The notes: generated by a model from the sequence alone, not told the origin. A stretch of DNA of 64,000 nt from an uncultured Bacteroidales bacterium (GCA_963825935.1 CAWGUN010000009.1:89281-153280); one strand, 5' to 3'. Counted from the stretch's first letter, positions 30,683 through 41,170 are shown. Numbers and translations: made by a program.

Positions 30683-31645
30683 ATGGAACCAATTGTTGCC
30701 CGACTCCCGATAGACCAGATAATGGCAGAGCTTACACGGGATAAACTTCTTCGTCAGACAAATAATGGCAACAATGAGGTTTATGTTTTTGATAATAACA
30801 ACGCACCTGTGCTGATGCAGGAAGTCGGAAGGGTACGGGAGATAACTTTCCGCCATGCAGGAGGCGGGACAGGTCATTCAATTGATATCGACAATTTTGA
30901 TACAGCAAAGGAAGATCCTCAGAAACAACTGGTTGTATGGGACCCGGAAAACAGGGAAATTGTCGGAGGCTACCGTTTTTATTTCCCGCCGAAAGGTTGT
31001 ATCAACTGTGATATTACAAAACTTGCTTCCTCATCTTATTTTTACTTTTCTGACAAATTTCATTCAAAGTATTACCCTCACATGATGGAGCTTGGGCGGT
31101 CGTTTGTGCATCCCGAATACCAGTCGAGGACAATGGGAAGAAAAAGCCTCTTCGCACTTGATAACCTTTGGGATGGACTCGGAGCAGTTATTCTTGATAA
31201 CCACCATCTTAAATATCTTTTCGGAAAGGTAACGATGTACACTCATTTTAATCAGAATGCAAGAAATATGATCCTCTATTTTCTGAAAAAACATTTTAAT
31301 GATCCCGACAATCTTGTTATTCCTATTGAACCTGCCAATATAGACCTGCATGAGGATGAGATGAAAAAACTCTTCAGGAGCTGGAGATACAAAGAAAATT
31401 ACAAGACTCTCTCTGCCGAGGTCAGAAAGCTGGGTGAAAATATCCCCCCTCTCATTAATGCCTATATGAACCTTTCCCCAACAATGCGGACTTTCGGGAC
31501 TTTTATCAATCAAAAATTCGGAGGAGTTGAGGAAACAGGCATTATGATAACCTTAAGGGATATTTATGTAGAGAAGATCAACAGGCACCTCTCCTCATAT
31601 AAAAAGGATTTCATGATCACATGGTTTACACACAATCATCAGTAA
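30683..31645 (+). CDS. OlsB-like GNAT-fold N-acyltransferase (GlsB/ChoA-like, glycine or ornithine lipid synthesis)
   Basis: 320 aa. REITFRHAGGGTGHSIDIDNFD ... VWDPENREIVGGYRF is typical of the hemolysin-like/OlsB (Acetyltransf_5) family, recalled from memory. Confidence 0.72.
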   Translation: MEPIVARLPIDQIMAELTRDKLLRQTNNGNNEVYVFDNNNAPVLMQEVGRVREITFRHAGGGTGHSIDIDNFDTAKEDPQKQLVVWDPENREIVGGYRFYFPPKGCINCDITKLASSSYFYFSDKFHSKYYPHMMELGRSFVHPEYQSRTMGRKSLFALDNLWDGLGAVILDNHHLKYLFGKVTMYTHFNQNARNMILYFLKKHFNDPDNLVIPIEPANIDLHEDEMKKLFRSWRYKENYKTLSAEVRKLGENIPPLINAYMNLSPTMRTFGTFINQKFGGVEETGIMITLRDIYVEKINRHLSSYKKDFMITWFTHNHQ

Positions 31646-33540
31646 GCCCTCGTATTTCTTCCTTCAACATAATTTACAAAAGACTGGTTGGCAACCTTAT
31701 TGCCTCCGGGTGTCGGATAATTACCGGTAAAATACCAGTCGCCGGTATGCCCCGGACAAGCTTCGTGCAATCCTTCAATCGACTGGTAAACAATTTCAAC
31801 TTCAGCATTTATATCTTTATCTTTCAACAACGATGATATTTTCCCTGAGATTTCGTCGGGGCAGAATGGTTTATATATTTCCTTAACCAGATTCCTTACC
31901 TGATCAACCGGTTTATCAAGCTCTGCTTTTGCTTCCGTGAAAATCCTGCTTATAAGCGATTCTCTTCCGGATTCTTTTAATAATTCTATTGCAGCCTTAA
32001 ATGCTATCAGGTCTCCCAGTTTTGCCATATCAATGCCATAGCAATCAGGATATCTGAGCTGAGGAGAAGAAGAGACTATAAGGATCTTCTTCGGGTCGAG
32101 CCTGTCGAGTATTCTTATGATACTTTTTTTAAGCGTCGTACCCCTCACAATAGAATCATCAATCACTACAAGATTATCAATACCTCTTCTGATTACTCCG
32201 TAGGTAACATCATAAACGTGCCCCACAAGATCGTCCCGGCTTTTATCTTCAGTGATAAAGGTACGCAGCTTGGCATCTTTAACTGCAATTTTTTCTACCC
32301 TGGGTCTCTGATTTATAATGTCACCCAGCTCCTCTCTGGTGAGGGTTTGCCGATTCCGGATTATTGTTTCAATTTTTAATTTGTTAAGATAATCCTCAAC
32401 TCCTTTAATTAATCCGTAAAATGCACTCTCGGCAGTATTGGGTATATAAGAAAAGACTGTGTTCCCAAGATCATAATTTACTGCCTTCAGCACTTTATCT
32501 GTCAGCAGTTCACCCAGTTTTTTCCGTTCGCGATAAATAGCCTTATCAGTTCCTCTTGAGAAATAGATCCGTTCAAATGAACATTTCCGGATCTCAGCAT
32601 CCTCATTAATTCTTTCAACAGATGCTTCGCCCGATGCTTTAATAATAATTGCATGAGCAGGTGGAAGTTCACTTACATTATCAGTTCTTACATTAAAAAT
32701 TGTCTGGATGACAGGCCTTTCAGAAGCTACAACAACAACTTCATCATCAATATAATAGAACGCAGGCCGGATACCTGCAGGGTCTCTTATGACGAAAGCA
32801 TCGCCATGCCCTACCATCCCGGCCATGGCATAACCGCCATCCCAGTTTCGGCTTGCCTTTTTAAGTATAGTCACCAGGTCAAGATTATTTTCGATAAGCG
32901 GAGAAATATCCTTTTTGGAATAACCCTGTTCTTTGAACTGCCTGAATAATCTTTCATTTTCCTCATCAAGCCTGTGACCAACATTCTCAAGAATGGTAAC
33001 CGTATCTGAAAAATCCACAGGGTTTTGTCCAAGATCAATCAGGCTGGTGAATACTTCACTTACATTGGTCAGATTGAAATTCCCTGCAAGGACAAGATTT
33101 TTTGATTTCCAGTTATTTTCGCGGCTCACCGGGTGAACATAGTCGATCTTATAATTGCCATATGTACCATACCTCAGATGTCCAAGATATACATCACAAG
33201 CAAAAGGTATATTATCTTTAATGAACTGCGGATCAGATGATTCATTTATATTAGTCCGTTTTATTTTTTCAATGTCTTCATAAATAAGCCCGAATATCTC
33301 TTTTATCGGGTTCGATTTGTTGGACCTTTGCCTGAATATATACCGGTTACCCGGCTCTACATTTAGCTTTATCCCTGCTATCCCTGCTCCATCCTGCCCC
33401 CGGTTATGCTGTTTCTCCATCATAAGATACATCTTCTGGAGACCATAATCCCATGTTCCGTATTTTTCAATATAATACTTCATCGGCTTTCGCAATCTTA
33501 ACATTGCAATGCCGCACTCATGTTTTAAATTATCGCTCAT
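31639..33540 (-). CDS. purF: amidophosphoribosyltransferase (long Bacteroidota-type)
   Basis: 633 aa with an N-terminal Ntn cysteine context (KHECGIAML) and the PRPP-binding motif VVIDDSIVRGTT. Confidence 0.9.
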   Translation of the reverse strand: MSDNLKHECGIAMLRLRKPMKYYIEKYGTWDYGLQKMYLMMEKQHNRGQDGAGIAGIKLNVEPGNRYIFRQRSNKSNPIKEIFGLIYEDIEKIKRTNINESSDPQFIKDNIPFACDVYLGHLRYGTYGNYKIDYVHPVSRENNWKSKNLVLAGNFNLTNVSEVFTSLIDLGQNPVDFSDTVTILENVGHRLDEENERLFRQFKEQGYSKKDISPLIENNLDLVTILKKASRNWDGGYAMAGMVGHGDAFVIRDPAGIRPAFYYIDDEVVVVASERPVIQTIFNVRTDNVSELPPAHAIIIKASGEASVERINEDAEIRKCSFERIYFSRGTDKAIYRERKKLGELLTDKVLKAVNYDLGNTVFSYIPNTAESAFYGLIKGVEDYLNKLKIETIIRNRQTLTREELGDIINQRPRVEKIAVKDAKLRTFITEDKSRDDLVGHVYDVTYGVIRRGIDNLVVIDDSIVRGTTLKKSIIRILDRLDPKKILIVSSSPQLRYPDCYGIDMAKLGDLIAFKAAIELLKESGRESLISRIFTEAKAELDKPVDQVRNLVKEIYKPFCPDEISGKISSLLKDKDINAEVEIVYQSIEGLHEACPGHTGDWYFTGNYPTPGGNKVANQSFVNYVEGRNTRAY

Positions 33541-33542
33541 AC

Positions 33543-34019
33543 TTATTTTTCCTTCAGATCGGGGAAATTAATTGTGGCAGGCACGAGGTATGCATTGGGA
33601 AATTCCTTTCTTACCATAAGAAGGTCTTTGTATCCCTCCGTTTTGGACCTGTAATTGCCGGCTCTAACCATGAACCATCCCGGTTCCTGATATTCTGCGT
33701 AAGAGATGAGATCAGGAAATTTGTTAATAAATTCTGCTCTTGCCTTTGCTGATTCTTCACGGGCACTCCTGACGGAGCTGTAATAAATCTGGATGCGGAA
33801 GCCCTGCATACCCTGTTCTCCTTCACCTGTTTTTTGCTTCCTGTTCGAAAGTATATTCCGGCTTAAAAGAGTATCTATTGCCTGGCTCTGAAAAATATTC
33901 AGTTGACCTGCAACATACGGCCGACTAAAAAGATCTGCAGTCCTGACAAAAGATTGCGATCTGCAAAAACCGGTGGAGAGAACAAAAATAAAAAGAAACA
34001 AAAACGCCTTTCGGATCAT
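33543..34019 (-). CDS. SPOR domain-containing protein
   Basis: 158 aa with a signal peptide and a C-terminal SPOR-like fold (GFRIQIYYSS...GWFMVRAGNYRSKTEG). Confidence 0.72.
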   Translation of the reverse strand: MIRKAFLFLFIFVLSTGFCRSQSFVRTADLFSRPYVAGQLNIFQSQAIDTLLSRNILSNRKQKTGEGEQGMQGFRIQIYYSSVRSAREESAKARAEFINKFPDLISYAEYQEPGWFMVRAGNYRSKTEGYKDLLMVRKEFPNAYLVPATINFPDLKEK

Positions 34020-34035
34020 GCGGCTAAGATAATGT

Positions 34036-35127
34036 TTATTGAGACGAAGACTTTAGAGCCAGATAGAAATTTCCTCCTTTGGAACCTGCCAGCAGTATGT
34101 TTCCGTCATAGTTAATATCAAGATCTGTTCCTAAAGCATCGGTATTGTAGGCATCACAGGCGCTGAATACTCTGAATCTTTCGGCATTATACCCATTCAA
34201 TAGGTCCACGATACTTATAAAGAAACAATTCTTATTCAGCATCACAATGTGATCATTACTTTTAAATACGAGGTTAACGCCTGAATTTGAATTTTCAAGA
34301 TATTTCTTTTTCCCCGTAATGCCTGTATTGCCCAGGGAGGCAATGAAAGAATTATCCAGAGTGCCTTCAGTCCGTGCAACTTCGGTTTTGCCTGTTACAT
34401 AAACGCTATCTGTTCCGCCAAGCTCTATGCCCCGGCAGACAGAAGTGACATCCGGGTTGTTATAAAGGTCCGTCTCCCAGAGCTTTTGAAAATTGCTGTT
34501 ATACTTTGCAACTCCGGCTTTCGATTTTGCCCCGGGATTTCTGCGTGTCAGTGCCAGGTATATATTCCCGGCATTATCAACAATGGCATCGCCGGCTGCA
34601 ATGAATTTGGTATCAGTTATTTCATTTTTCACAAGTATCTGCCCTGTTGTATCAAATCGCACAAAAAGAAGTCCGGTCCCTATGTAACCTGATGAATCAG
34701 GATCTGCACTTCCAACTGCAAGGAAATTGCCGCTTCCGGCATAGACCAGGGAGGTAATTATGACAGGAAAACTCGTCGTAAACGTAGTATCCCAGACTTT
34801 GGTACCTTTATTACTGATTCGTGAAAGTAACAACTTGCCATCACTGCTTCCGCCTGCAATAATACATGAGGCATCGGACCAGGCAGAACTGAATAAGCCA
34901 TTTCCTTCCCGGGTAAAATCAGATACAATGCTTTTCGCTTTGGACAGTTTTATGAGATAGGGTTTACTATTCATCATTCCGCATCCGATAAAACCAGAAT
35001 CAGGCGTTGGACCAACAAAGAATGCATTACCCGAACCGAATGACCTTTCCCAGATAAAATTGCTGGCCTCTTTTTTACAGGAGACAACTATTAAAATCAA
35101 CGAAAGCAGGGCAATCAGTTTTTTCAT
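34036..35127 (-). CDS. hypothetical lipoprotein (repetitive beta-rich, propeller-like)
   Basis: 363 aa with lipobox LIVVSCKKE and repeated G-x-G/aromatic strand pattern. No family recognised. Confidence 0.5.
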   Translation of the reverse strand: MKKLIALLSLILIVVSCKKEASNFIWERSFGSGNAFFVGPTPDSGFIGCGMMNSKPYLIKLSKAKSIVSDFTREGNGLFSSAWSDASCIIAGGSSDGKLLLSRISNKGTKVWDTTFTTSFPVIITSLVYAGSGNFLAVGSADPDSSGYIGTGLLFVRFDTTGQILVKNEITDTKFIAAGDAIVDNAGNIYLALTRRNPGAKSKAGVAKYNSNFQKLWETDLYNNPDVTSVCRGIELGGTDSVYVTGKTEVARTEGTLDNSFIASLGNTGITGKKKYLENSNSGVNLVFKSNDHIVMLNKNCFFISIVDLLNGYNAERFRVFSACDAYNTDALGTDLDINYDGNILLAGSKGGNFYLALKSSSQ

Positions 35128-35138
35128 TATTCAATTTA

Positions 35139-35882
35139 TTATTCAAGAGCTGCAGCCAGATCGTCGGTCATTTCAAGGTTATGGTAGACATTCTGGATAT
35201 CATCATCGTCCTCAAGCACTTCAATAAATTTAAGTACCTTTTTTGCTGACTCTACATCGAGCTTTTTAGTATCATTGGGAATTCTCTTCAGGGCTGATTC
35301 CTCTGCTTCAATGCCAAGTTCGTTTAATTTCCGGTTTACACTTCCGAAATCTTCCTTGGCACAGGTAATTGTAAGCATATCTCCGTCAACCTCAAAGTCC
35401 TCGGCTCCGGCATCTATCATTTCAAGCTCAAGTTCATCAATTGAAAGTCCTTCGTTTTTAATTGTAAAAACTCCTTTTCTGTCAAAAAGAAAACTAAGCG
35501 AACCGTTTGTACCCAGGTTTCCGCCATACTTGTTGAAAGCTGACCTGATGGAAGCTACTGTCCTGTTATTATTATCGGTGAGGCACTCTGCAAAGATAGC
35601 AATCCCGTGAGGTGCATATCCTTCAAAAGATGTTTCAATATAGCTCTCCGCATCAGCAGCTACTGCTTTTTTAATTGCTCTTTCAATATTCTCCTTAGGC
35701 ATATTGGCGCCTTTCGCATTCTGAATGGCGAGCCTCAGCCTGGCATTTGTATCAGGATCTCCTCCACCTTCCTTTGCAGCAATGATTATCTCCTTTATGA
35801 TCTTGGTAAATTTCTTACCTCTCTTGGCATCAGCTGCCCCCTTCTTCCTTTTAATTGTTGACCATTTACTGTGACCTGACAT
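35139..35882 (-). CDS. yebC: YebC/PmpR family DNA-binding transcriptional regulator
   Basis: The family-typical start is MSGHSKWSTIKRKKGAADAKRGK (ATG complement 35880-35882). The 47-codon upstream extension in the track ORF reads through a microsatellite and is rejected. Confidence 0.9.
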   Translation of the reverse strand: MSGHSKWSTIKRKKGAADAKRGKKFTKIIKEIIIAAKEGGGDPDTNARLRLAIQNAKGANMPKENIERAIKKAVAADAESYIETSFEGYAPHGIAIFAECLTDNNNRTVASIRSAFNKYGGNLGTNGSLSFLFDRKGVFTIKNEGLSIDELELEMIDAGAEDFEVDGDMLTITCAKEDFGSVNRKLNELGIEAEESALKRIPNDTKKLDVESAKKVLKFIEVLEDDDDIQNVYHNLEMTDDLAAALE

Positions 35883-35970
35883 ACAATATGTTTTAAATAT
35901 TATGAGTGCAAAATTAAATATTTCTTTAATACCTCGATCATACTTTATATTTTTGTGCGAACAATTAAAA

Positions 35971-35998
35971 GGCGGAAGGCGGAAGGCGGAAGGCGAAA
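35971..35998. repeat. heptanucleotide tandem repeat (GGCGGAA)x3 + GGCGAAA
   Basis: Read directly: ggcggaa ggcggaa ggcggaa ggcgaaa. It lies in the divergent yebC/miaB intergenic region. Confidence 0.9.
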
Positions 35999-36062
35999 GG
36001 TAAAGAAGAATGCTGCTGAGCAATGAGCCACGCGCCTTATTCTAAGTGAAAAAGAATTTTGC

Positions 36063-37389
36063 ATGAATAAAAATGTATATATAGAAACTTATGGTTGCCA
36101 GATGAATGTTGCTGACAGTGAGGTTGTTGTTTCAATTCTTTCTGAATCAGGATACAAATCGACTGAGGATATAAATGATGCTGGTTTAATACTTATCAAT
36201 ACCTGTTCCATACGCGATAATGCAGAACAGCGAATCTGGAACAGGCTGCGGTCAATAAAACCGGTAAAGAAAAAAAACGGTGCGATAGTGGGACTGATCG
36301 GATGTATGGCTGAAAGACTTAAGGAAAAAGTCCTCGAAACCGAACAGCTTGTCGATATTGTTGTCGGGCCGGATGCATATCGCGAACTCCCTCTCACTGG
36401 TTGCTGAAGCTGAATCGGGACATAAAGCAGTGAATGTACTGCTGTCGCATGAAGAGACCTATGCAGACATCTCCCCGGTAAGAATGGATAAAAACGGCGT
36501 TTCATCATTTGTTTCGATAATGAGGGGTTGCAATAATATGTGTGCATACTGTGTGGTTCCCTATGTCAGAGGCGCTGAGCGAAGCCGTGAACCGGAATCA
36601 ATTCTCAGGGAAACCAGGGAACTTTTTGAAGCAGGGTACAGAGAGGTTACGCTGCTTGGACAAAATGTTGATTCCTACAAATGGGAATATAATGGAAATT
36701 CAACCGGATTCCCTGAATTACTGGAAAAAGTAGCACAGATAAGCCCGCTTCTCAGGGTTCGCTTTTCAACTTCCCATCCAAAGGACATCTCCGATGATCT
36801 GCTGAAAACCATTTCCAGGTACAATAATATCTGCAAACATATTCACCTTCCTGCACAGAGCGGCAGCAGCCGTATTCTGAAGCTGATGAACCGTGAATAT
36901 ACAAGGGAATGGTATATGGACCGGATAAGTGCGATACGGAATATTGTTCCCGGTTGCGCCCTTTCAACCGATATGATAGCAGGTTTTTGCACAGAAACGG
37001 AAGAAGATCACAGGGAATCTTTGTCGCTTATGGAATGGGCTGGCTTTGACTTCGCTTATATGTTCAAATACAGTGAAAGACCAGGAACAAAAGCGGCAAG
37101 AAAATATAAGGATGATGTCCCCGATGAGATCAAGACAAGGAGGCTTAATGAGATAATCGCATTACAGAATAAGCTCTCCGTTGTTTCAAAAAAACAGGAT
37201 ATAGGAAAGATATTAGAAGTTCTGATAGAAGGAGAATCGAAAAGATCCTCTGAGTTTTTATCGGGCAGGACTTCCCAGAATAAAGTTGTGGTTTTTCCAA
37301 AGGGAAACCATAAAAAGGGCGATTATATCAGAGTTATCATAGAAAAAGCCAGTTCTGCCACACTTACAGGCACGGTTTTTGTGCCCTGA
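36063..37389 (+). pseudogene. miaB: tRNA-2-methylthio-N6-dimethylallyladenosine synthase, split by a 1-nt frameshift as sequenced
   Basis: The N-terminal ORF ([10 protein letters not shown] ... [14 protein letters not shown]) stops at 36405-36407. The +1 frame continues [23 protein letters not shown] ... [13 protein letters not shown] (radical SAM CxxxCxxC) ... TRAM-like end. The shift lies within 36385-36404. Confidence 0.88.
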
Positions 37390-37441
37390 AAGATTTGTTC
37401 TTATTTCTGTTAGTCGTAACTTGCATTAATTCTGTAAAAAT

Positions 37442-38116
37442 ATGCTTATGAAACGCTGTATTTTTATCATAGCTGCTTTAGTAATTTGTCTACCGTTGAC
37501 CTTGCAGGGTCAGAAACCTGAGAAAGGTTCTAATAAAAAAATAACTATATCAGGAATAATTAAAGACACTGATAATAAACCTGTTGCTGGTGCCCAGATA
37601 TATATTGACAGTCTGAACACCGGCATTGTTTCAGACGATCTCGGGAAATATAAAATAAAAGTAAATCCCGACGCCAGGAAAATAATTGCAAGTTCTCCTG
37701 ATCACGGTTACAGTCAGGCTGATATAAATAGCCCGACTATCGATCTGACGCTTAACGGGGATCTTAAAAACATGTTTGCTTTTCTTGCAAAGAACACCAG
37801 GCTGGGCCCGCCGCCTAAGGCTGAAAAGGCAAAAAAAATCAATACTTATACAGATATATACCAGATGATCCGTCAGGAAGTACGAGGTGTTGTGGTAAGC
37901 GGAAGAAGTATCGTTGTACAGCAGCAAAACTCCTTTTTCGGTTCAACCCAGCCTCTTTTTGTTGTAAACGGAGTAAGGGTGAACAGCATCGACTATATAA
38001 GTCCGACTGAAGTGAAATCAATCCAGCTGTTAAAAGGCTCCAATGCAAATATTTATGGCAATGAGGGAGCAAACGGAGTAATAAGCATAACTCTGCTTTC
38101 AGGAAAGGACAAATAA
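37442..38116 (+). CDS. secreted CarboxypepD_reg-like plus partial TonB-receptor-plug-like protein (SusC N-terminal module only)
   Basis: 224 aa with a signal peptide. ISGIIKDTDNKPVAGAQIYID matches the carboxypeptidase-regulatory-like fold. The C-terminal PLFVVNGVRV..I.PTEVKSIQLLKGSNANIYGNEGANGVISITL matches the start of SusC plug domains. There is no barrel. Confidence 0.6.
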   Translation: MLMKRCIFIIAALVICLPLTLQGQKPEKGSNKKITISGIIKDTDNKPVAGAQIYIDSLNTGIVSDDLGKYKIKVNPDARKIIASSPDHGYSQADINSPTIDLTLNGDLKNMFAFLAKNTRLGPPPKAEKAKKINTYTDIYQMIRQEVRGVVVSGRSIVVQQQNSFFGSTQPLFVVNGVRVNSIDYISPTEVKSIQLLKGSNANIYGNEGANGVISITLLSGKDK

Positions 38117-38163
38117 ACAGTATATATTACCGGCTTATACACCCTTGATAAATCAATTATATT

Positions 38164-38871
38164 ATGAAATTAAAATTTTTATTCCTTATTGCGTTCTCCT
38201 TCTTACTTTGTGGATCTCTGCATGCTCAGAATAAGAATAATAAAAAAATAATTGTGTCGGGCATTGTGACAAATGAAAACCGTAATCCGGTTGCCGGAGC
38301 AATGATACTTGTTGATAAGAAAAATACGAATAAGGTTACTGACAGTAAAGGTTTTTATAAAATAAAGGTCCGTTCTGATGCAAATACCATTTCAGTTTTT
38401 ACTTTTAAGGGCGAGAGTACTGATGTTCTTATTAATAACAGAACAACTATAAATATAACCATGGGCGGGTCGCAAAATAACAGTCAGAATCTCCGGAAGG
38501 AAGGGGAAAGGGTAGAGATCGGTTACGGATCTGTAGAGAAGGAAGATTTGACCAACCAGGTGAGCAAATTAGAGGTAAACCGAAACAAATATTCCTCATA
38601 TTCTGACATTTACGATGCGCTGCGCGGAACAGTTCCAGGGCTGCAGGTAAGGGGGAAGAGTATAACAATCCAGGGGATTTCATCCAATAATCCCAATTCG
38701 GAACCATTGTATGTTGTGGATGGGATGATTGTCAGCTCCATTGATTATATTACTCCCACCGAGATAAAATCAATTGAAGTGCTTAAAGGTGCTGCTGCCT
38801 CAATTTACGGATCACGAGGCGCGAATGGGGTACTCTTGATCAACCTGATCAGGGGACCTGAAAAGAAATAA
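38164..38871 (+). CDS. paralog of 37442..38116 (CarboxypepD_reg-like plus partial plug-like)
   Basis: 235 aa with a signal peptide (LHA/QN). VSGIVTNENRNPVAGAMILVD and PLYVVDGMIVSSIDYITPTEIKSIEVLKGAAASIYGSRGANGVLLINL are colinear with the upstream gene. Confidence 0.6.
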   Translation: MKLKFLFLIAFSFLLCGSLHAQNKNNKKIIVSGIVTNENRNPVAGAMILVDKKNTNKVTDSKGFYKIKVRSDANTISVFTFKGESTDVLINNRTTINITMGGSQNNSQNLRKEGERVEIGYGSVEKEDLTNQVSKLEVNRNKYSSYSDIYDALRGTVPGLQVRGKSITIQGISSNNPNSEPLYVVDGMIVSSIDYITPTEIKSIEVLKGAAASIYGSRGANGVLLINLIRGPEKK

Positions 38872-38874
38872 CGA

Positions 38875-40632
38875 TCAGCTTTTCTTTTCCTTTTTTATAT
38901 CAATCATCAGCTCATTAAGCTGTTTCTGAGATATCTGTGAAGGAGTATCCAGCATAACATCCCTGCCCGAGTTATTTTTTGGAAAAGCAATGAAATCCCT
39001 GATAGAATCCTGCCCTCCGAACATTGCAACCCACCTGTCGAAGCCAAAAGCAATCCCTCCATGCGGAGGAGCCCCGTATTTAAAGGCATTCAGAAGAAAT
39101 CCGAACTGTTCATTAGCCTCATCCTCAGTGAATCCAAGGACTTTGAACATAAGCTTCTGAACAGCAGCATCATGTATCCTTATTGATCCACCCCCAATCT
39201 CAACTCCATTTATTACAAGGTCATATGCATTAGCACGCACTTTACCCGGATCTGATTCCATCAGTTTTAAATCTTCCGGTTTCGGAGAGGTGAACGGGTG
39301 ATGCATTGCAAAAAATCTCTTCTCCTCCACATCCCATTCAAGAAGTGGAAAATCGATAACCCATAACGGTACGAACTTATCTTTTGTCCTCAGCCCCAGC
39401 CTGCTGCCCATTTCGAGGCGTAGTTCCGAGAGTGCCGTCAGAGTTTTTTTCTTTTCACCTGCAAGAATGAGGATAAGATCACCTTGTTTCGCATTCAAAG
39501 CTTCGGCCCATTTCTGAAGCTCTTCAGGCGGATAGAATTTATCGACTGATGATTTAAATCCCTCATTACCGTATTTGACATATATGAGTCCTTTTGATCC
39601 AATCTGTGGTTTCTTAACAAACTCTGTAAGATCATCAAGCTGTTTCCTTGTATATTCAGCACACCCCTCAGCACAGATCGCTCCAATATATTCTGCGCTG
39701 TCGAAGACGGCAAAATTGTGCCCCTTTGCCAGGTTTGTAATGTCGGTAAATTTCATTCCGAAACGGAGATCGGGTTTGTCAGAACCATAGTTTTCCATCG
39801 ACTCCTGGTAAGGAAGTCTTATAAATGGTCCTGTGAATTCAATTCCTTTTACCTGCCTGAAAAGATATTTTGCAAGACCTTCAAAGGTATCGAGTATATC
39901 ATCTCTTTCCACGAACGACATTTCGCAATCGATCTGAGAAAACTCCGGCTGTCTGTCAGCTCTGAGATCCTCATCGCGGAAACATTTTACAATCTGGAAA
40001 TACTTGTCGAATCCGGCGACCATCAGTAGCTGCTTCAAAGTCTGAGGCGATTGAGGCAGTGCATAGAAAGTGCCTGGCTGCATTCTGCTTGGAACAACAA
40101 AGTCACGCGCTCCTTCGGGTGTTGATTTGATCAGTACCGGCGTCTCAACCTCAACAAACCCGATAGAATCCATGTACTTGCGCACTTCCTGAGCCACACG
40201 GTGACGAAGGATAATATTGCTCTTAACGGAGCTCCTCCGGAGGTCGAGATACCGGTATTTCATTCTCAGCTCGTCGCCACCGTCAGTCTCTTCTTCAATG
40301 GTGAACGGAGGCAGCTCACTACGGTTAAGTATATTCAGAACGGATACTTCAATTTCTACCTCTCCTGTGGAAATTTTAAGGTTTTTATTGCTGCGCTCCC
40401 TCACCTTTCCTTTTGCCTGGACAACAAATTCACGGCCAAGTTTACGCGCCTGCCCGCATAGATCTGCATTTGTTTCCATGTTAAAAACCAGCTGTGTGAT
40501 ACCGTAGCGGTCGCGGAGATCGACGAATGTCATTCCACCGAAATCTCTCGATTTCTGAACCCATCCGCATAAAGTGACATCCAATCCATCATCTTTTATT
40601 GTAAGCTCTCCGCATGTGTGTGTCCTGTACAT
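38875..40632 (-). CDS. aspS: aspartate--tRNA ligase
   Basis: The family-typical start is [10 protein letters not shown] (ATG complement 40630-40632). The track ORF begins 8 codons earlier. The class II motif is [14 protein letters not shown]. Confidence 0.95.
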   Translation of the reverse strand: MYRTHTCGELTIKDDGLDVTLCGWVQKSRDFGGMTFVDLRDRYGITQLVFNMETNADLCGQARKLGREFVVQAKGKVRERSNKNLKISTGEVEIEVSVLNILNRSELPPFTIEEETDGGDELRMKYRYLDLRRSSVKSNIILRHRVAQEVRKYMDSIGFVEVETPVLIKSTPEGARDFVVPSRMQPGTFYALPQSPQTLKQLLMVAGFDKYFQIVKCFRDEDLRADRQPEFSQIDCEMSFVERDDILDTFEGLAKYLFRQVKGIEFTGPFIRLPYQESMENYGSDKPDLRFGMKFTDITNLAKGHNFAVFDSAEYIGAICAEGCAEYTRKQLDDLTEFVKKPQIGSKGLIYVKYGNEGFKSSVDKFYPPEELQKWAEALNAKQGDLILILAGEKKKTLTALSELRLEMGSRLGLRTKDKFVPLWVIDFPLLEWDVEEKRFFAMHHPFTSPKPEDLKLMESDPGKVRANAYDLVINGVEIGGGSIRIHDAAVQKLMFKVLGFTEDEANEQFGFLLNAFKYGAPPHGGIAFGFDRWVAMFGGQDSIRDFIAFPKNNSGRDVMLDTPSQISQKQLNELMIDIKKEKKS

Positions 40633-40726
40633 CTTCTTGCTGTTAAATTTCAGCAAAATTAAGAAAATAATCAGATTGCAAAGAGTCGCGAAATCTTCAT
40701 ACTTTTAGACCATAGATCAGAGACCG

Positions 40727-41170
40727 ATGGCGGAAGGCAGAGAAGAAAAATTCATGAAAGTGGCTCTTGATGAGGCCGGAAAAGCATTTGATAAACAAGA
40801 GGTTCCAGTTGGCGCTGTTGTAGTCTGCAACAATACAATTATTGCAAGAGCTCATAATCTTACCGAGACTCTGAAAGACCCGACTGCTCATGCTGAGATG
40901 CAGGCAATAACTGCTGCAACGAACTGGCTTGGAGGCAAGTACCTGACAGACTGTACAATATATGTAACACTTGAACCATGTGCAATGTGTGCCGGTGCTT
41001 TAGGCTGGAGCCAGGTATCACGACTGGTATATGGTGCAGTCGATGAACAAAAGGGTTTTACCAAAGTATCCGGACAGTTACTCCATCCTAAAACCAGGGT
41101 AATGAAGGGTGTACTTGAAAAGGAGTGCCGGGAGATAGTGATCAGATTCTTTAATAGAAAAAGGACCTGA
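40727..41170 (+). CDS. tadA: tRNA adenosine(34) deaminase
   Basis: 147 aa with deaminase zinc motifs HAEMQAI and TLEPCAMCAGAL. Confidence 0.9.
   Translation: MAEGREEKFMKVALDEAGKAFDKQEVPVGAVVVCNNTIIARAHNLTETLKDPTAHAEMQAITAATNWLGGKYLTDCTIYVTLEPCAMCAGALGWSQVSRLVYGAVDEQKGFTKVSGQLLHPKTRVMKGVLEKECREIVIRFFNRKRT

Noticed and set aside
35883-36023. 47-codon N-terminal extension of the yebC ORF.
   Set aside because: The extension translates the GGCGGAA microsatellite (PSAFRLPPF), while the family-typical start MSGHSKWS lies at 35882.
36089-36547. 152-aa minus-strand ORF spanning the miaB frameshift region.
   Set aside because: It is antisense to miaB, whose two frames together account for the region. 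Its composition looks like a shadow ORF.
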